64,000 bases of DNA from Candidatus Bathyarchaeota archaeon (GTDB lineage: Archaea > Thermoproteota > Bathyarchaeia > Bathyarchaeales > Bathycorpusculaceae): assembly GCA_963775685.1 (NCBI GenBank), contig CAVZJV010000014.1, forward strand, positions 1,120,001-1,184,000. Direction: 5' to 3'. Below are positions 40,005-49,900 of the stretch, one piece after another. The position numbers were made by a program, and so were the translations under genes. Position 1 is the stretch's first letter, and each line of letters starts with the position of its first letter. A model generated the notes under the pieces. The model ran no database searches and was not told the origin of the DNA. It saw only the letters and a program-made list of their open reading frames with translations.

Positions 40005-40643
40005 TTACTTCTCTTCTTCGGATATGGGTTCTTCCTCTGCGTTCTGTTCCTCTTCTGGCTTGGGTTCAGCTGCCTCTTCTTTTTGTTTTTCCACATTAAG
40101 TAACATGTTGATTAAAGCTTTCTGGTCAACTTCAGCACGTGTACGCCAATCCAAGTACATCAGACCTTTATCATCCTGCATAAAGTAACCATAGCGAATG
40201 TAGCGGTCAAGGTTTAAGCCAATTTTCCAGTTAGGCATCTTCTCACCCAAAAGTTTCTCGACCTCTTTGCGTGCTGCTTGCCCCTTCTTGCTGACAATGT
40301 AGCTTATAGTTATGGCTAATCCTGCCAAATCGTCAACTCGCCAACCCATCAACTTTTCTTTGGTCACTGAGCCGTTGGATAGTGCAATAAAGAAGCGCGC
40401 CTTATCCAACTCCTCTATGGTTGGTTTTTCTGGGGCTTTTTCCTCTTCAAAAATCACTTTAACCTGCAAATCCATCGGTTTTAGGTAGTCTTCTAATAAG
40501 TCAACAACTTTGGGATAATCGGAACCCAACGCTTTGTGGAGTTCCCAGCCTTTTACTCCTGGTTTCTGATGTCTTTTATAGAAGAGCATTTGGGTTGCCT
40601 TCTTGATTTTAGCTGCATAGACCCCCCTTTTTTTCGCACTCAT
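40005..40643 (-). CDS. Tandem winged-helix KITE-like protein (Nse1/Nse3-MAGE/ScpB/MksE-like)
   Basis: Second WH reads LAGLAITISYIVSKKG...EVEKLL...YIRYGYF...LDWRTRAEVD; acidic tail; ATGA overlap with the kleisin stop. Confidence 0.6.
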   Translation of the reverse strand: MSAKKRGVYAAKIKKATQMLFYKRHQKPGVKGWELHKALGSDYPKVVDLLEDYLKPMDLQVKVIFEEEKAPEKPTIEELDKARFFIALSNGSVTKEKLMGWRVDDLAGLAITISYIVSKKGQAARKEVEKLLGEKMPNWKIGLNLDRYIRYGYFMQDDKGLMYLDWRTRAEVDQKALINMLLNVEKQKEEAAEPKPEEEQNAEEEPISEEEK

Positions 40644-41464
40644 TTTAGTTCGCCTCTTCTCCATTTCTGCCAATCTGCACAGGAAACCGCGATTGGAACC
40701 GATGTAGACTGCTGTGTTAAAGCTTCCTTATGGGGTTTATCAAAGGGCAGAATGAATACAGTCTCTTCAAGTCTATCAATTTCCAACGTCGCATAACCGT
40801 AAGTTACCAGAAAAGCAGTTAAGAAAGCGCGTTGCACTGTTTCTTCGTAGGTACCCGCACCGATAAAATCCCAGTATACAATTTTTCCACCGATACTTTT
40901 TTCCTCGGCTTTGTTTTTGAGTTCCAACCAATAACACTCCAGTTCTTCCGAAAATTCGCGGTCACTTAAAACGCGCTGCTTAATAAGCTCCTCACGGCTC
41001 ACTGAACCCATAGCAACCGGGGAAACATCTATGTCTTTCCATCGGTCTCCAAGAGGAGCCAAAGCATCCCAATACAGCATTCCCTGCGCTAAGCTATGTA
41101 GGTTAATCTGTTCAAACTCAACCAGCGGACTCCAAGCACCCAGAAAAACCTCAACTATCCCCTGCTTGCTGGTCTGACGTATTTTTTCCTCCAGCAAAAA
41201 TGGGTCAGTATAGAGCGAGCTTGAACGTCGTTTTATCCATTCACTTTGCATTTTGATGACCGTGGCTAAGTGGTGAAGCGCTTCGGCGTCAAGTTTTAGT
41301 TCCTCAGGTTTTTCCCAATGCGGGAAATACTCCTTGACAATCTTGATAATATCATCTACATTAAGGGTGAAGGGATCAACAGTGTGGTTTTCAATAGCGA
41401 TGCACATTTCTATGATGCGTTCCAGCCGTTCTTTGCCCAGCTTTTTGCCTTCTTTAGTTGGCAT
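40640..41464 (-). CDS. ScpA-like kleisin
   Basis: N-domain VDPFTLNVDDII...AEAL..LA.VIKMQS; C-terminal WH IVYWDF...ETVQRAFLTAFLVTYGYATLE...VFI. Confidence 0.7.
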   Translation of the reverse strand: MPTKEGKKLGKERLERIIEMCIAIENHTVDPFTLNVDDIIKIVKEYFPHWEKPEELKLDAEALHHLATVIKMQSEWIKRRSSSLYTDPFLLEEKIRQTSKQGIVEVFLGAWSPLVEFEQINLHSLAQGMLYWDALAPLGDRWKDIDVSPVAMGSVSREELIKQRVLSDREFSEELECYWLELKNKAEEKSIGGKIVYWDFIGAGTYEETVQRAFLTAFLVTYGYATLEIDRLEETVFILPFDKPHKEALTQQSTSVPIAVSCADWQKWRRGELK

Positions 41465-43380
41465 TAGGCGACCTCACGCACAACTGATTTGCCCTCAAGG
41501 TTCTGAACTGTAATAACGTTAGCATCTTGCTGTGCAAAAGTAATTTGGCTGGGCGTAATCACAACGTATTGGGCACTGGCATCCTTAATCATCGAAACCA
41601 GAACCTTCGCAATCATCTCGCGATTTTTGGGATCCATGTGAATGTCGTATTCGTCGACTGCGCGGAAAGGCGAACGCACATGCTGTTGCAACGCCAGCAG
41701 AAAACCCATCGTCGCTGTGGTTCGTTCGCCGCCACTTTGAGTGTAAGCATCCAAGGCTACGGGTTTGCTTCCCTTAAACCCAACATAAATGTCAAGTCCA
41801 GCCGTCTCAATATTCTGTGTAGCGGAAAGTTTGACTTCGCCGGTTGCAAGGGTTTGGTTCATGATTTTTTGGTATTCAACGTTAACGCGTTCCAGCAGGT
41901 TCTCCATTACGGTGCGCCACGACAGCATGCGGGTTTTGACTTCTTCAAGGGTTTTCTCGCGGTTCTCAGCAACAAGTTGGGCTTTCTCTTTAAGTTCCAA
42001 GTAAAGTTTTGAGTACGATTCATATTGGCGCTCAATATCTTCAGATACGTCTGCAAGAGCAGTCAGGTGACCTTTCGTTAAGCCGATTTCATCTTGGATT
42101 TCAACATTGGTCTTAAGGACTGCTATACGTTCGCCAGATTGCTGTGCCTTCTGGATTGCTACGCTGAGGTTTTCTTCAGCATCCCTTAACTGCTTCTCAA
42201 GGGTTTTCATCTCAGTGATAGCATTGGCTCGTTTAAACTCAAGCAACCCCAAAAAAACGCGTTTATCCAAAGATGCAGAGGATACTTTTTCAGATGAATC
42301 TTCCAACTTTGCCATTATTTTCTGGGTTTCTTTTATTTCTTCACCTGAGTTCTCAATTTGGTGTTTGGAAGTTTCTACTATTTTTTGGAGATTTTCCCTT
42401 CGGAGAAACTTAAACTGGCTTTTGTTCGCGAGGGTTTCTATGGCTTGAAATTCGTTAAGCAACTGCTTAACAAAAGATAAAGTCGATTCGTTTTGAGCGA
42501 TTTCACGCTCCAGAGATAGACGCTGTTCAAAAATTTCTTTAGCTTTCCCTTTAAGAATCTGCTGTTGAGTCTGTTGACTATCGATTTGGCCAATTATTTC
42601 TTGCCGCTCGTCTTCAATCTTGCCAAGTGACTGCTGGTTCCTGTTAAACTTCGCCTGTAACTCTTTGATTGCAGCCTCTCGTTTTTCGACTTCTGCCCAA
42701 ACCAGTTCACGGTCCAAAAACCGCCGTTTAAGCTGTAATTGCTTTTTCTCTTGGTACTTCTCATACTGTTCGCGCCAATAGTTGAGGGTTTGTTGGGCTT
42801 GCTCAAAGAGTTTGCTGACTGACTCTTCTTGACTTAGGATACGTGTAAGTTTGGTTTTGGCTTGCACGACGTTTTCACGGAAAGGCTCCAAACCAACCGC
42901 TGCTTCAACCATCCGCAACTTTTCTACGTTGCTTAGAACACTAAACTGCTCCACCATGTTCTGATGCATTATGATTAACATATTATCTGGGTCAACACCG
43001 AACTTTCCTAGCAGTCGTTCAATGTCCTGCTTGCTAGCGACACGATTTTCGAGCTCAAAAAAGTATTTGCCATCCCGGCGTAAAACCCGAGTAAGGAAAA
43101 GTTGGTCTTTGCTGTATTTTGACACGGGTCGCTTGGTACCTTGTTTGCTATTGTCTAATATGAGTGTGACTCGTGCTTGGTCTTGTCCCCAGCGAATTAA
43201 GTCACTAAGTTTTCTGGAACGTTCAGTATAGGTTTGCCCCAAACCAACCGAGATGGCGAGTAAAAGGGAGGATTTTCCTGCACCGTTTGGCCCACCAATT
43301 ATGTTTACGCCTTGTTTGAAAGGCACTCTGGCGTATTCGTAGCTCATGAAATTTTCAAGGATAACTTCTTGGATTAACAT
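41464..43380 (-). CDS. SMC-like ATPase, Smc5/6- or coalescin-like, short arms (638 aa)
   Basis: LENFMSY, GPNGAGKS, Q-loop MHQN, coiled coils, QSGGE, SPFRAVDEYDIHMD, QYVVITP. Confidence 0.9.
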   Translation of the reverse strand: MLIQEVILENFMSYEYARVPFKQGVNIIGGPNGAGKSSLLLAISVGLGQTYTERSRKLSDLIRWGQDQARVTLILDNSKQGTKRPVSKYSKDQLFLTRVLRRDGKYFFELENRVASKQDIERLLGKFGVDPDNMLIIMHQNMVEQFSVLSNVEKLRMVEAAVGLEPFRENVVQAKTKLTRILSQEESVSKLFEQAQQTLNYWREQYEKYQEKKQLQLKRRFLDRELVWAEVEKREAAIKELQAKFNRNQQSLGKIEDERQEIIGQIDSQQTQQQILKGKAKEIFEQRLSLEREIAQNESTLSFVKQLLNEFQAIETLANKSQFKFLRRENLQKIVETSKHQIENSGEEIKETQKIMAKLEDSSEKVSSASLDKRVFLGLLEFKRANAITEMKTLEKQLRDAEENLSVAIQKAQQSGERIAVLKTNVEIQDEIGLTKGHLTALADVSEDIERQYESYSKLYLELKEKAQLVAENREKTLEEVKTRMLSWRTVMENLLERVNVEYQKIMNQTLATGEVKLSATQNIETAGLDIYVGFKGSKPVALDAYTQSGGERTTATMGFLLALQQHVRSPFRAVDEYDIHMDPKNREMIAKVLVSMIKDASAQYVVITPSQITFAQQDANVITVQNLEGKSVVREVA

Positions 43381-43698
43381 TAACGGTTCTTTGCCTCTAT
43401 TTTTGAAGCGTTCAACCTATTGAAGGGCGTCTTATTAAAACAATTTGACATCTTTAAGTTGATTATCCTTGTTGTGGAGTTGATCTAAATTTGTAAATCA
43501 GTGTTTCATTGGCAGATTATAAAAATGTGATGTTTATATACCCATACTTTGGAGGAACTCGGGAACTTTGTAGGAAACGCTCGACCTCTAAGTTACATAG
43601 CCGTCTTCCTTATACGTAGAACCGAAAACACGCTTAATTCAGTCAATTTTAACATGCAAAAACTGTATTCAGGCTAAAGCCTTTTAATTAAAGCTTAC

Positions 43699-43968
43699 AT
43701 GAGTATTATTGGGTTAACTATGAAATTTGGAGAAATCGCAATCTTACTCAGAGAAATCGTTGACAGGTGTCCAGGCTTAGATGGATCAACCATTACGTTG
43801 ATACCACAAAAAGCCATGTATCCTCTTTACCAAGGATACCACATAAACATTAAGGCTAATCTTTCCAAGGAAACAATGGGTGGCTTACGGAAGATAGTGG
43901 AGGGGCATGACCTAGTCATGCAGATTAAATCTGATTGCGTAATTGTTTACGAAACCAGATCAACTTAA
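43699..43968 (+). CDS. Hypothetical protein
   Basis: 89-aa ORF (start possibly ATG 43720); no recognised motif. Confidence 0.55.
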   Translation: MSIIGLTMKFGEIAILLREIVDRCPGLDGSTITLIPQKAMYPLYQGYHINIKANLSKETMGGLRKIVEGHDLVMQIKSDCVIVYETRST

Positions 43969-43978
43969 CCTAAATAAT

Positions 43979-45271
43979 CTATATTTCTACGCTGGTGCTT
44001 AACAGTTGCACATCCGACACTTCTCCAGTGTCAGCGTAGATTCCAACTGCAACTTCATTATAGCCTCCTGCATAAGTTTGAGTAAGGCTCATTTCAATGT
44101 ACCAATAGGGAATGAGCAGGACTGAATTGCCTCTTGGATGTGGGATAAGTTGAACAGACACTGGTGGGTCTATAACGCTAAAACCAGAAGTTGGTTTGTT
44201 CTCTATTGAATAAGTCAATGTTTTCACATAACTTCTAGCAGTGTTTACAGCTTGTTGTTGAGTAATGCCCATGTAAGTGCTGCCGACGGTAAATAGGAAA
44301 TAGCCGTCTGACAAAATGGTTAATACATTATTTTTAAAGGTCATCTGTAAGCCCTTGGCTTGGTAATCTATCCCCCTTTCAGTGTACATCCAAAGAAAAG
44401 TAATGGTATCTCCTGAAACGGAAATCTGCAACTTCATGTTGCCCTGAGTAACGTTTGTGTTACTTATCATGCTAACGGTGGCTAAAAGGTTAGTCATATT
44501 TGTTAAATATGAATCACCAGAGAGTGTTTTGTATCGCGAGAGTACATATTTTACGTTTTGTAAGACATCGTTGGGCTGGATCTGTGAGTAGATTGGCGAG
44601 CTTTCAATCATGTTAAGTTCATACCTTGAGAAGTGATTATTTCGATAACGCAAATAGACGTTTAGGTCGCTTATGCTACTCTTTAGTGAATATTGTGTGA
44701 CTTCTTCAGCGACACCCCCAAAATCTCTTCGCCACTGCATTGTATCACTCATAAGTGAAATTGTGTAATTTCTAGTTTCAATTTGCGTAAGATTTGCAAG
44801 AAAATTGGCTACTTTGTCCACACCTATTCCCCAAGACAATAATTGCTGGTTTTCAAGGGAAAGCGAGTTATGATTGCTAGAAAGTTGGTTAATAGAGTAA
44901 TATTCAATGGTAACTATGCTAGACAGAAGCAAAATCGAAACCAGCAGCGCCACAGAAACTACTTTCCACCTTGAAGAAACTGAATGACGCTTTGGCTCGC
45001 TTTCACGAACTTCTTCGACGCCCTTCATGGCACTTACAGTGGCTAATCCAAAAGATGACAATTTGTACTGACCATCATCCATCTTAGAAACCAATTCGCC
45101 AAGGTTTTCAAGGTGATAGGTCAGATGAGGAGTTGAAACGCCAAGTTCCTCAACCATCTCCATAAAACTCATAGACTTGTTTCCAAGCATTCTGAGAATT
45201 TTACGCCTGACAGGATGCTTAAGTGAACTAAACATAGTTGAGTAGATTTCATCTTCGTGCGAGGCAGGCAT
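43979..45271 (-). CDS. ArsR-type wHTH fused to a TM helix and a large extracytoplasmic domain
   Basis: FSSLKHPVRRKILRML...LTYHLENL...Y.LSSFG; TM at about residues 103-123; C-terminal PepSY-like A...A...Y...ADTGEV. Confidence 0.85.
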   Translation of the reverse strand: MPASHEDEIYSTMFSSLKHPVRRKILRMLGNKSMSFMEMVEELGVSTPHLTYHLENLGELVSKMDDGQYKLSSFGLATVSAMKGVEEVRESEPKRHSVSSRWKVVSVALLVSILLLSSIVTIEYYSINQLSSNHNSLSLENQQLLSWGIGVDKVANFLANLTQIETRNYTISLMSDTMQWRRDFGGVAEEVTQYSLKSSISDLNVYLRYRNNHFSRYELNMIESSPIYSQIQPNDVLQNVKYVLSRYKTLSGDSYLTNMTNLLATVSMISNTNVTQGNMKLQISVSGDTITFLWMYTERGIDYQAKGLQMTFKNNVLTILSDGYFLFTVGSTYMGITQQQAVNTARSYVKTLTYSIENKPTSGFSVIDPPVSVQLIPHPRGNSVLLIPYWYIEMSLTQTYAGGYNEVAVGIYADTGEVSDVQLLSTSVEI

Positions 45272-45479
45272 ATGGACCCACTTACAAATACACGGCTCAT
45301 TCCTATAAAATTTACATATTAAGAATTCATAAAAAGATGGATGTAGTTTCTATCAGAAAAACATCGACAGCATTTTTATTTAATTTCTTTTAATCCTTGC
45401 TGACCTCCTTTGCATATTTCTATTTTTCTTAAACCCCCTATCGGTACCTGCATCTTGATAGAGAAAACCGTTAACTATT

Positions 45480-45962
45480 GCGGGCGAAAAATAGGTGAGT
45501 TGCCTGTAAAAAAAGACCAGATAAGTGCTTCATTTGTTTCATTAAGTGCGTAGATGTAGCCATAATACGATCAGATGTCTACGACACCGTTAACTACCGC
45601 AGAAAGATTCCGCTGAACTGGCAACAGCACTGTACTTCCAGATTACTGAGCCAGTTACGGCATTCAAAGCGTAGACATAACCATCAGTTGAGCCCTGATA
45701 AACAACGCCATTAGCGATGACTGGAGAGGAACGGATTTTATCACCAGTGTTGAATCGCCAAAAGCAAGTACCATCAGAGGCTCGTGAATATGAGGTGCCG
45801 GCGCGGTCCAAGTTTTGGCGAAACATTGACCAGCCAGTGTTTTGGGATTCAGTCTTAACTGTTTGTAAAGAAATACCCGAAACTAATACAGTAAGAAATT
45901 AATACATTAAACAGAAGTAATGTCAAAAAAGCAAAAACAAAAATGCAATCTTTGGGGTACAT
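45480..45962 (-). pseudogene. Truncated PQQ-binding beta-propeller protein remnant
   Basis: WSMFRQNLDRAG...SSPVIANGVVYQGSTDGYVYALNAVTG..W; frameshifted signal peptide and truncation. Confidence 0.7.
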
Positions 45963-46172
45963 CTGTTTTCCCAAAATTACCAAATTAACTATTTCAATAA
46001 AAGAGTTCTCGTAAAAATTTGTTGACTAAAGTCAGTGAAGGTTTCTAGACTAATAGTCAAGGCTATAGGAGATCATACTATGAAATCCTCAGGGTGTCTA
46101 CTATTCGTAGTTTAACTTCGTTAAATACAAGCAAGCAACGTTTTCATCGCCTAATAGCCAATTACGGACCAC

Positions 46173-46610
46173 TTAGGAGATGCTTACGTTCTGAATGTCG
46201 AAGTACCGTTTTGCCAAAAAACGCAAACGTTCGGCGTTCTTGCCGTTTTTACCTATTGCGACGCCCTTATCCTTAGGGTTGACGGTTATTACTGCCATTT
46301 TTTTGCCATCAGTGCGTTCGGTGACACGTATTTCACGGACTGCTGCGGGCTTTAGTGCGTTTTTCATGAATGTTGCTGGATCTTCGCTGTACTCGATGAT
46401 TTCGTGTTTTTTGCCTGTCATTCGTTCAAGAGTATGGATGTTTCGTCCGCCCTTACCTATGGCAACACCAACTTGGCCTTGGTTTACAATGAATATAGCG
46501 CGTTGCTCGACTTCGTCGACAATACAGTCTTTTACGCTAGCGCCGCTGATGCTTTCAAATAAGGCAATGTATCGCATTTCGTCGCAGGTAATTTTTATCC
46601 CAGTTGTTAT
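46173..46610 (-). CDS. nusA: Archaeal NusA (KH domain) transcription factor
   Basis: AIGKGG and AIGKNG KH motifs; the conserved IKIT.DEMRYI N-terminus extends upstream of ATG 46577 to ATA 46610. Confidence 0.95.
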   Translation of the reverse strand: MTTGIKITCDEMRYIALFESISGASVKDCIVDEVEQRAIFIVNQGQVGVAIGKGGRNIHTLERMTGKKHEIIEYSEDPATFMKNALKPAAVREIRVTERTDGKKMAVITVNPKDKGVAIGKNGKNAERLRFLAKRYFDIQNVSIS

Positions 46611-46627
46611 TTTTTTTCCTCCATTTT

Positions 46628-46945
46628 TTATTCTTGTACCTGAGTTTCCTCAGTAACTTTGAGAATGTCTGAGTCCCCTGTTTCGCGGATGCTTAAGGCT
46701 GATATAATAAAGAGCTTTTTGCAAACTTCCGCTAAATCCATTGATCCACCTTTATATGTTATGACGGGAACTTTAGAGATTTCTCCATAGTATTCAATTT
46801 GTTCTTTTATGTCTTTTGGACAGTTTGAAGCTAAAACAATCATCTTAGCTTTGCCGGTTTTGGCGTTTTGCAATGCAACATTGGATCCAAAGGAAACCTT
46901 ACCTGTTTTCACTGCGGACGCTAACGCTTTATCTATGTCTATCAT
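46628..46945 (-). CDS. rpl30e: 50S ribosomal protein L30e
   Basis: AVKTGKVSFG...KAKMIVLASNCP; operon position. Confidence 0.96.
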   Translation of the reverse strand: MIDIDKALASAVKTGKVSFGSNVALQNAKTGKAKMIVLASNCPKDIKEQIEYYGEISKVPVITYKGGSMDLAEVCKKLFIISALSIRETGDSDILKVTEETQVQE

Positions 46946-49900
46946 GATTCTGTTTTTCCTCCATCTTTTTCCTGACGCTCGAACGTTGACATGTAAAGTT
47001 CAACTAAGCCTGTGCCGATTGGTATAGATTGCCCAACTATAACGTTTTCTGTTACTCCAGCAAGAGGATCACTTTCACCTTTGACAGCTGCTTCAACAAT
47101 GTTGGGAACGGTGATTTCGAATGCGGCGCGCGCGAGAACACTGGCTTTCTTGCCGCTGATGCCATGCCTGCCGATTTGCTGAACGTCGCCTGTTGTAGTC
47201 ATCATGTCTGCTACAAGCATTACGTGCCTCACATCCACGTCTAAGCCTTGATCTTCGAGAACACCTTTTGCTTCGTTAACAAGTGCGTTTCTTGAAGCTT
47301 CTACGCCGAGGGTCTTAGCGATTTCGTGAATGTTGTTTGTAGTTGTCCGAGAAGTATCGACGCCTATGACTTCGAGGACTTTAGATAGGTTTGAACCGTC
47401 AGTACGTATAACCCATTCACCACTTTCCTCGGTGACTAGGACCCGTTTGATGTCTGGAACACCTTTAACCTGGAAACCTGGAACTTTAGTCAGCATACGT
47501 TTCAGTTGTTCGGCTTTCTTGGGTTTAATTTCAACTGTTGTGTCAGTCACTGTCACGGTGGCGTTCTGTAACTCCATTCGATCTTTAAGTTCATCCATAG
47601 TTATGGCTCTGTCATCCATCATTTGCTTGTTGAGTTCAATTATGATTTCTTCTCTTACTGGGTCTTCATATATTGCTGAAGCCAAGTTTTCAACTGTTGT
47701 GTAGATGATATTGCGTGCGACTTCAACGGCGCCTTCTTTACTTTTTGCGTGTTCGCCCTTTAAGTAGATAGTCATGATTGGAGTTGAGGGAATTCGGCGT
47801 GCGTCTACGATTTCGATTAGTCGCGGTAAGCCTAAGGTGACGTTTTGTTCTTTGACACCAGCGTAGTGGAAGGTTCTAAGAGTCATCTGGGTACCTGGTT
47901 CACCAATTGATTGAGCAGCAACAATGCCAACGGCTTCGCCCGGCTCCATCAGGGCGCGTTTGTATTGTTCAGCTGTTTGAGTTGCTGCTTTGGTTACGCC
48001 TTTAGCGGTAAGCTTGTTCTTTGCAAGGTTGGTTTTAAGTTGGTTCAACAGGATGGGCGTTATTTGGTTTTCAACGTTCTTGAGTTGTTTTTTGATGTGT
48101 TCTGAGGATGCAACTTCGCCTTTCTCTTCACCGATTTTTATCTGATCGATTAGTCTGCTGACGTTGACTGCCTTGCCATGGTCACTTTTCGCGGGGTCAA
48201 CACCGTCTTCTCCATAGCGGAATTGGATTATGTCGCCTGCGGAGTCACGCACAGTATTGTCGTATTCAAGACGGATGTGTTCGAGTGCGTTGATTAATCG
48301 TCTTTGCATATAACCGCTTTGTTGAGTTCGGACAGCTGTGTCGACTAGACCTTCTCTACCACCCATAGCGTGGAAGAAGAATTCAATCGCGTCAAGACCC
48401 GTTTGGTAGGAGTTATAGACAAAACCTCGTGCTCTTGGGCTTGGGTCGCCATCAACAAAATGTGGCAGTGCTCTTCCAGCGTAGCCTCTTAGGATACGTT
48501 TGCCTCGGACGGATTGTTGCCCAACGCAAGCTGCCATTTGACCAATGTTTAAGCTTGAGCCTCTGGCACCTGCTCTTGTCATTACTATGCCTGCGTTTTC
48601 CAATGTAAAGTCGTCATCTGCTATTTTGCCTGATTCGTCTCTGGCTACTGCAAGTTCGTGCATAACGTAGATTTCAAAGGATTCTTCAAGGGTTTGACCA
48701 GGTAAGCGTGGTAATGTTCCATTGCGGTAGTTTTGGATGTGTTCGTCGATTTTCTTTTGGATGCGATCCATTGTCTTTGCCATGCGAGTGCGGGCTCTAG
48801 GCGAGAGGACCAGTTCGTCGTAAGTGTAGCTGAAGCCTCGCATAGAAATGAATTGTTTGAGCAGATGTGTGATTTTGTTTAAAAATTCTCTACCTGCTTG
48901 TGTCCCATAGTCTTTGATGATCCGGTGAAGCAAACTTTCAGATTGTTCAGAGCCAATAGAGCGTCTGTCGATTATACCTGAAACAAGCTGACCATTCTTT
49001 ACAACTACATAAGCGTCATGTTTGCATTCTTCTTCTTCACATTTCGTGCAACCTTGGCAGATGTTGGCTTTAAGAGAGTAATTGAGCGTTTTAGGCAGGT
49101 ATAAACTAAAGATTTGTTTGCCTGACCATAGAGGTTCGGGTGTATTGATTTCCGGTTCTGGTACTGCACCAGTATAGTTTGTAGCGGTTAGAAGCCGATT
49201 AACTTGGCTTCTGGTCACGTAGTTGCCTTTTCTGGTGAAATAGTAAGCGCTTGTAACGAAGTCTCTGATGGCGCCGATGATCGGTCCGCCGAATCTAGGT
49301 GACAGAATTTGGTCTTGAACCTGCATTAGAAGTAAACTTTCAGTTCGGGCTTCCTCGCTCTGTGGAACGTGGAGGTTCATTTCGTCACCGTCAAAGTCAG
49401 CGTTATATGGTGGACAAACGCAAAGGTGCAGTCGAAAAGTCTTGTATGGCAAAACCCTAACATAGTGCGCCATGATTGACATGCGGTGAAGCGAAGGCTG
49501 ACGATTAAAGATAGCAATATCACCGTTCTTTAAATGGCGTTCAACAATGAATCCTAATTCCACTGCTTCCGCGATTTTAGTGCGGTCAACGACGAATTCG
49601 AGTCTGATGCGTTTCCCGTCTGGGCGGATGATGTATAGAGCACCCGGATAGTTTTCTGGACCGTTAACCACGAGCTTCTTCATTTCTTCAATGTTCCAGG
49701 CTGTTACTTTTTCTGGGACTGAGAGCCGCATAGCTACGTCTTGGGGGACACCGACTTCGTTTATGTCAAGGTTAGGGTCTGGAGAGATGACTGTACGGGC
49801 TGAGAAGTCGACACGTTTGCCTGAGAGGTTGCTTCTGAATCGCCCTTCTTTGCCTTTGAGGCGTTGAGAAAGAGTTTTTAGGGCTCTACCGCTACGGTGC

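Noticed and set aside
38605-43380. Wadjet (JetABCD) defence system with NucS as the nuclease
   Set aside because: No Toprim JetD; nucS is a housekeeping repair gene separated by an opposite-strand methyltransferase; the SMC is far shorter than JetC.
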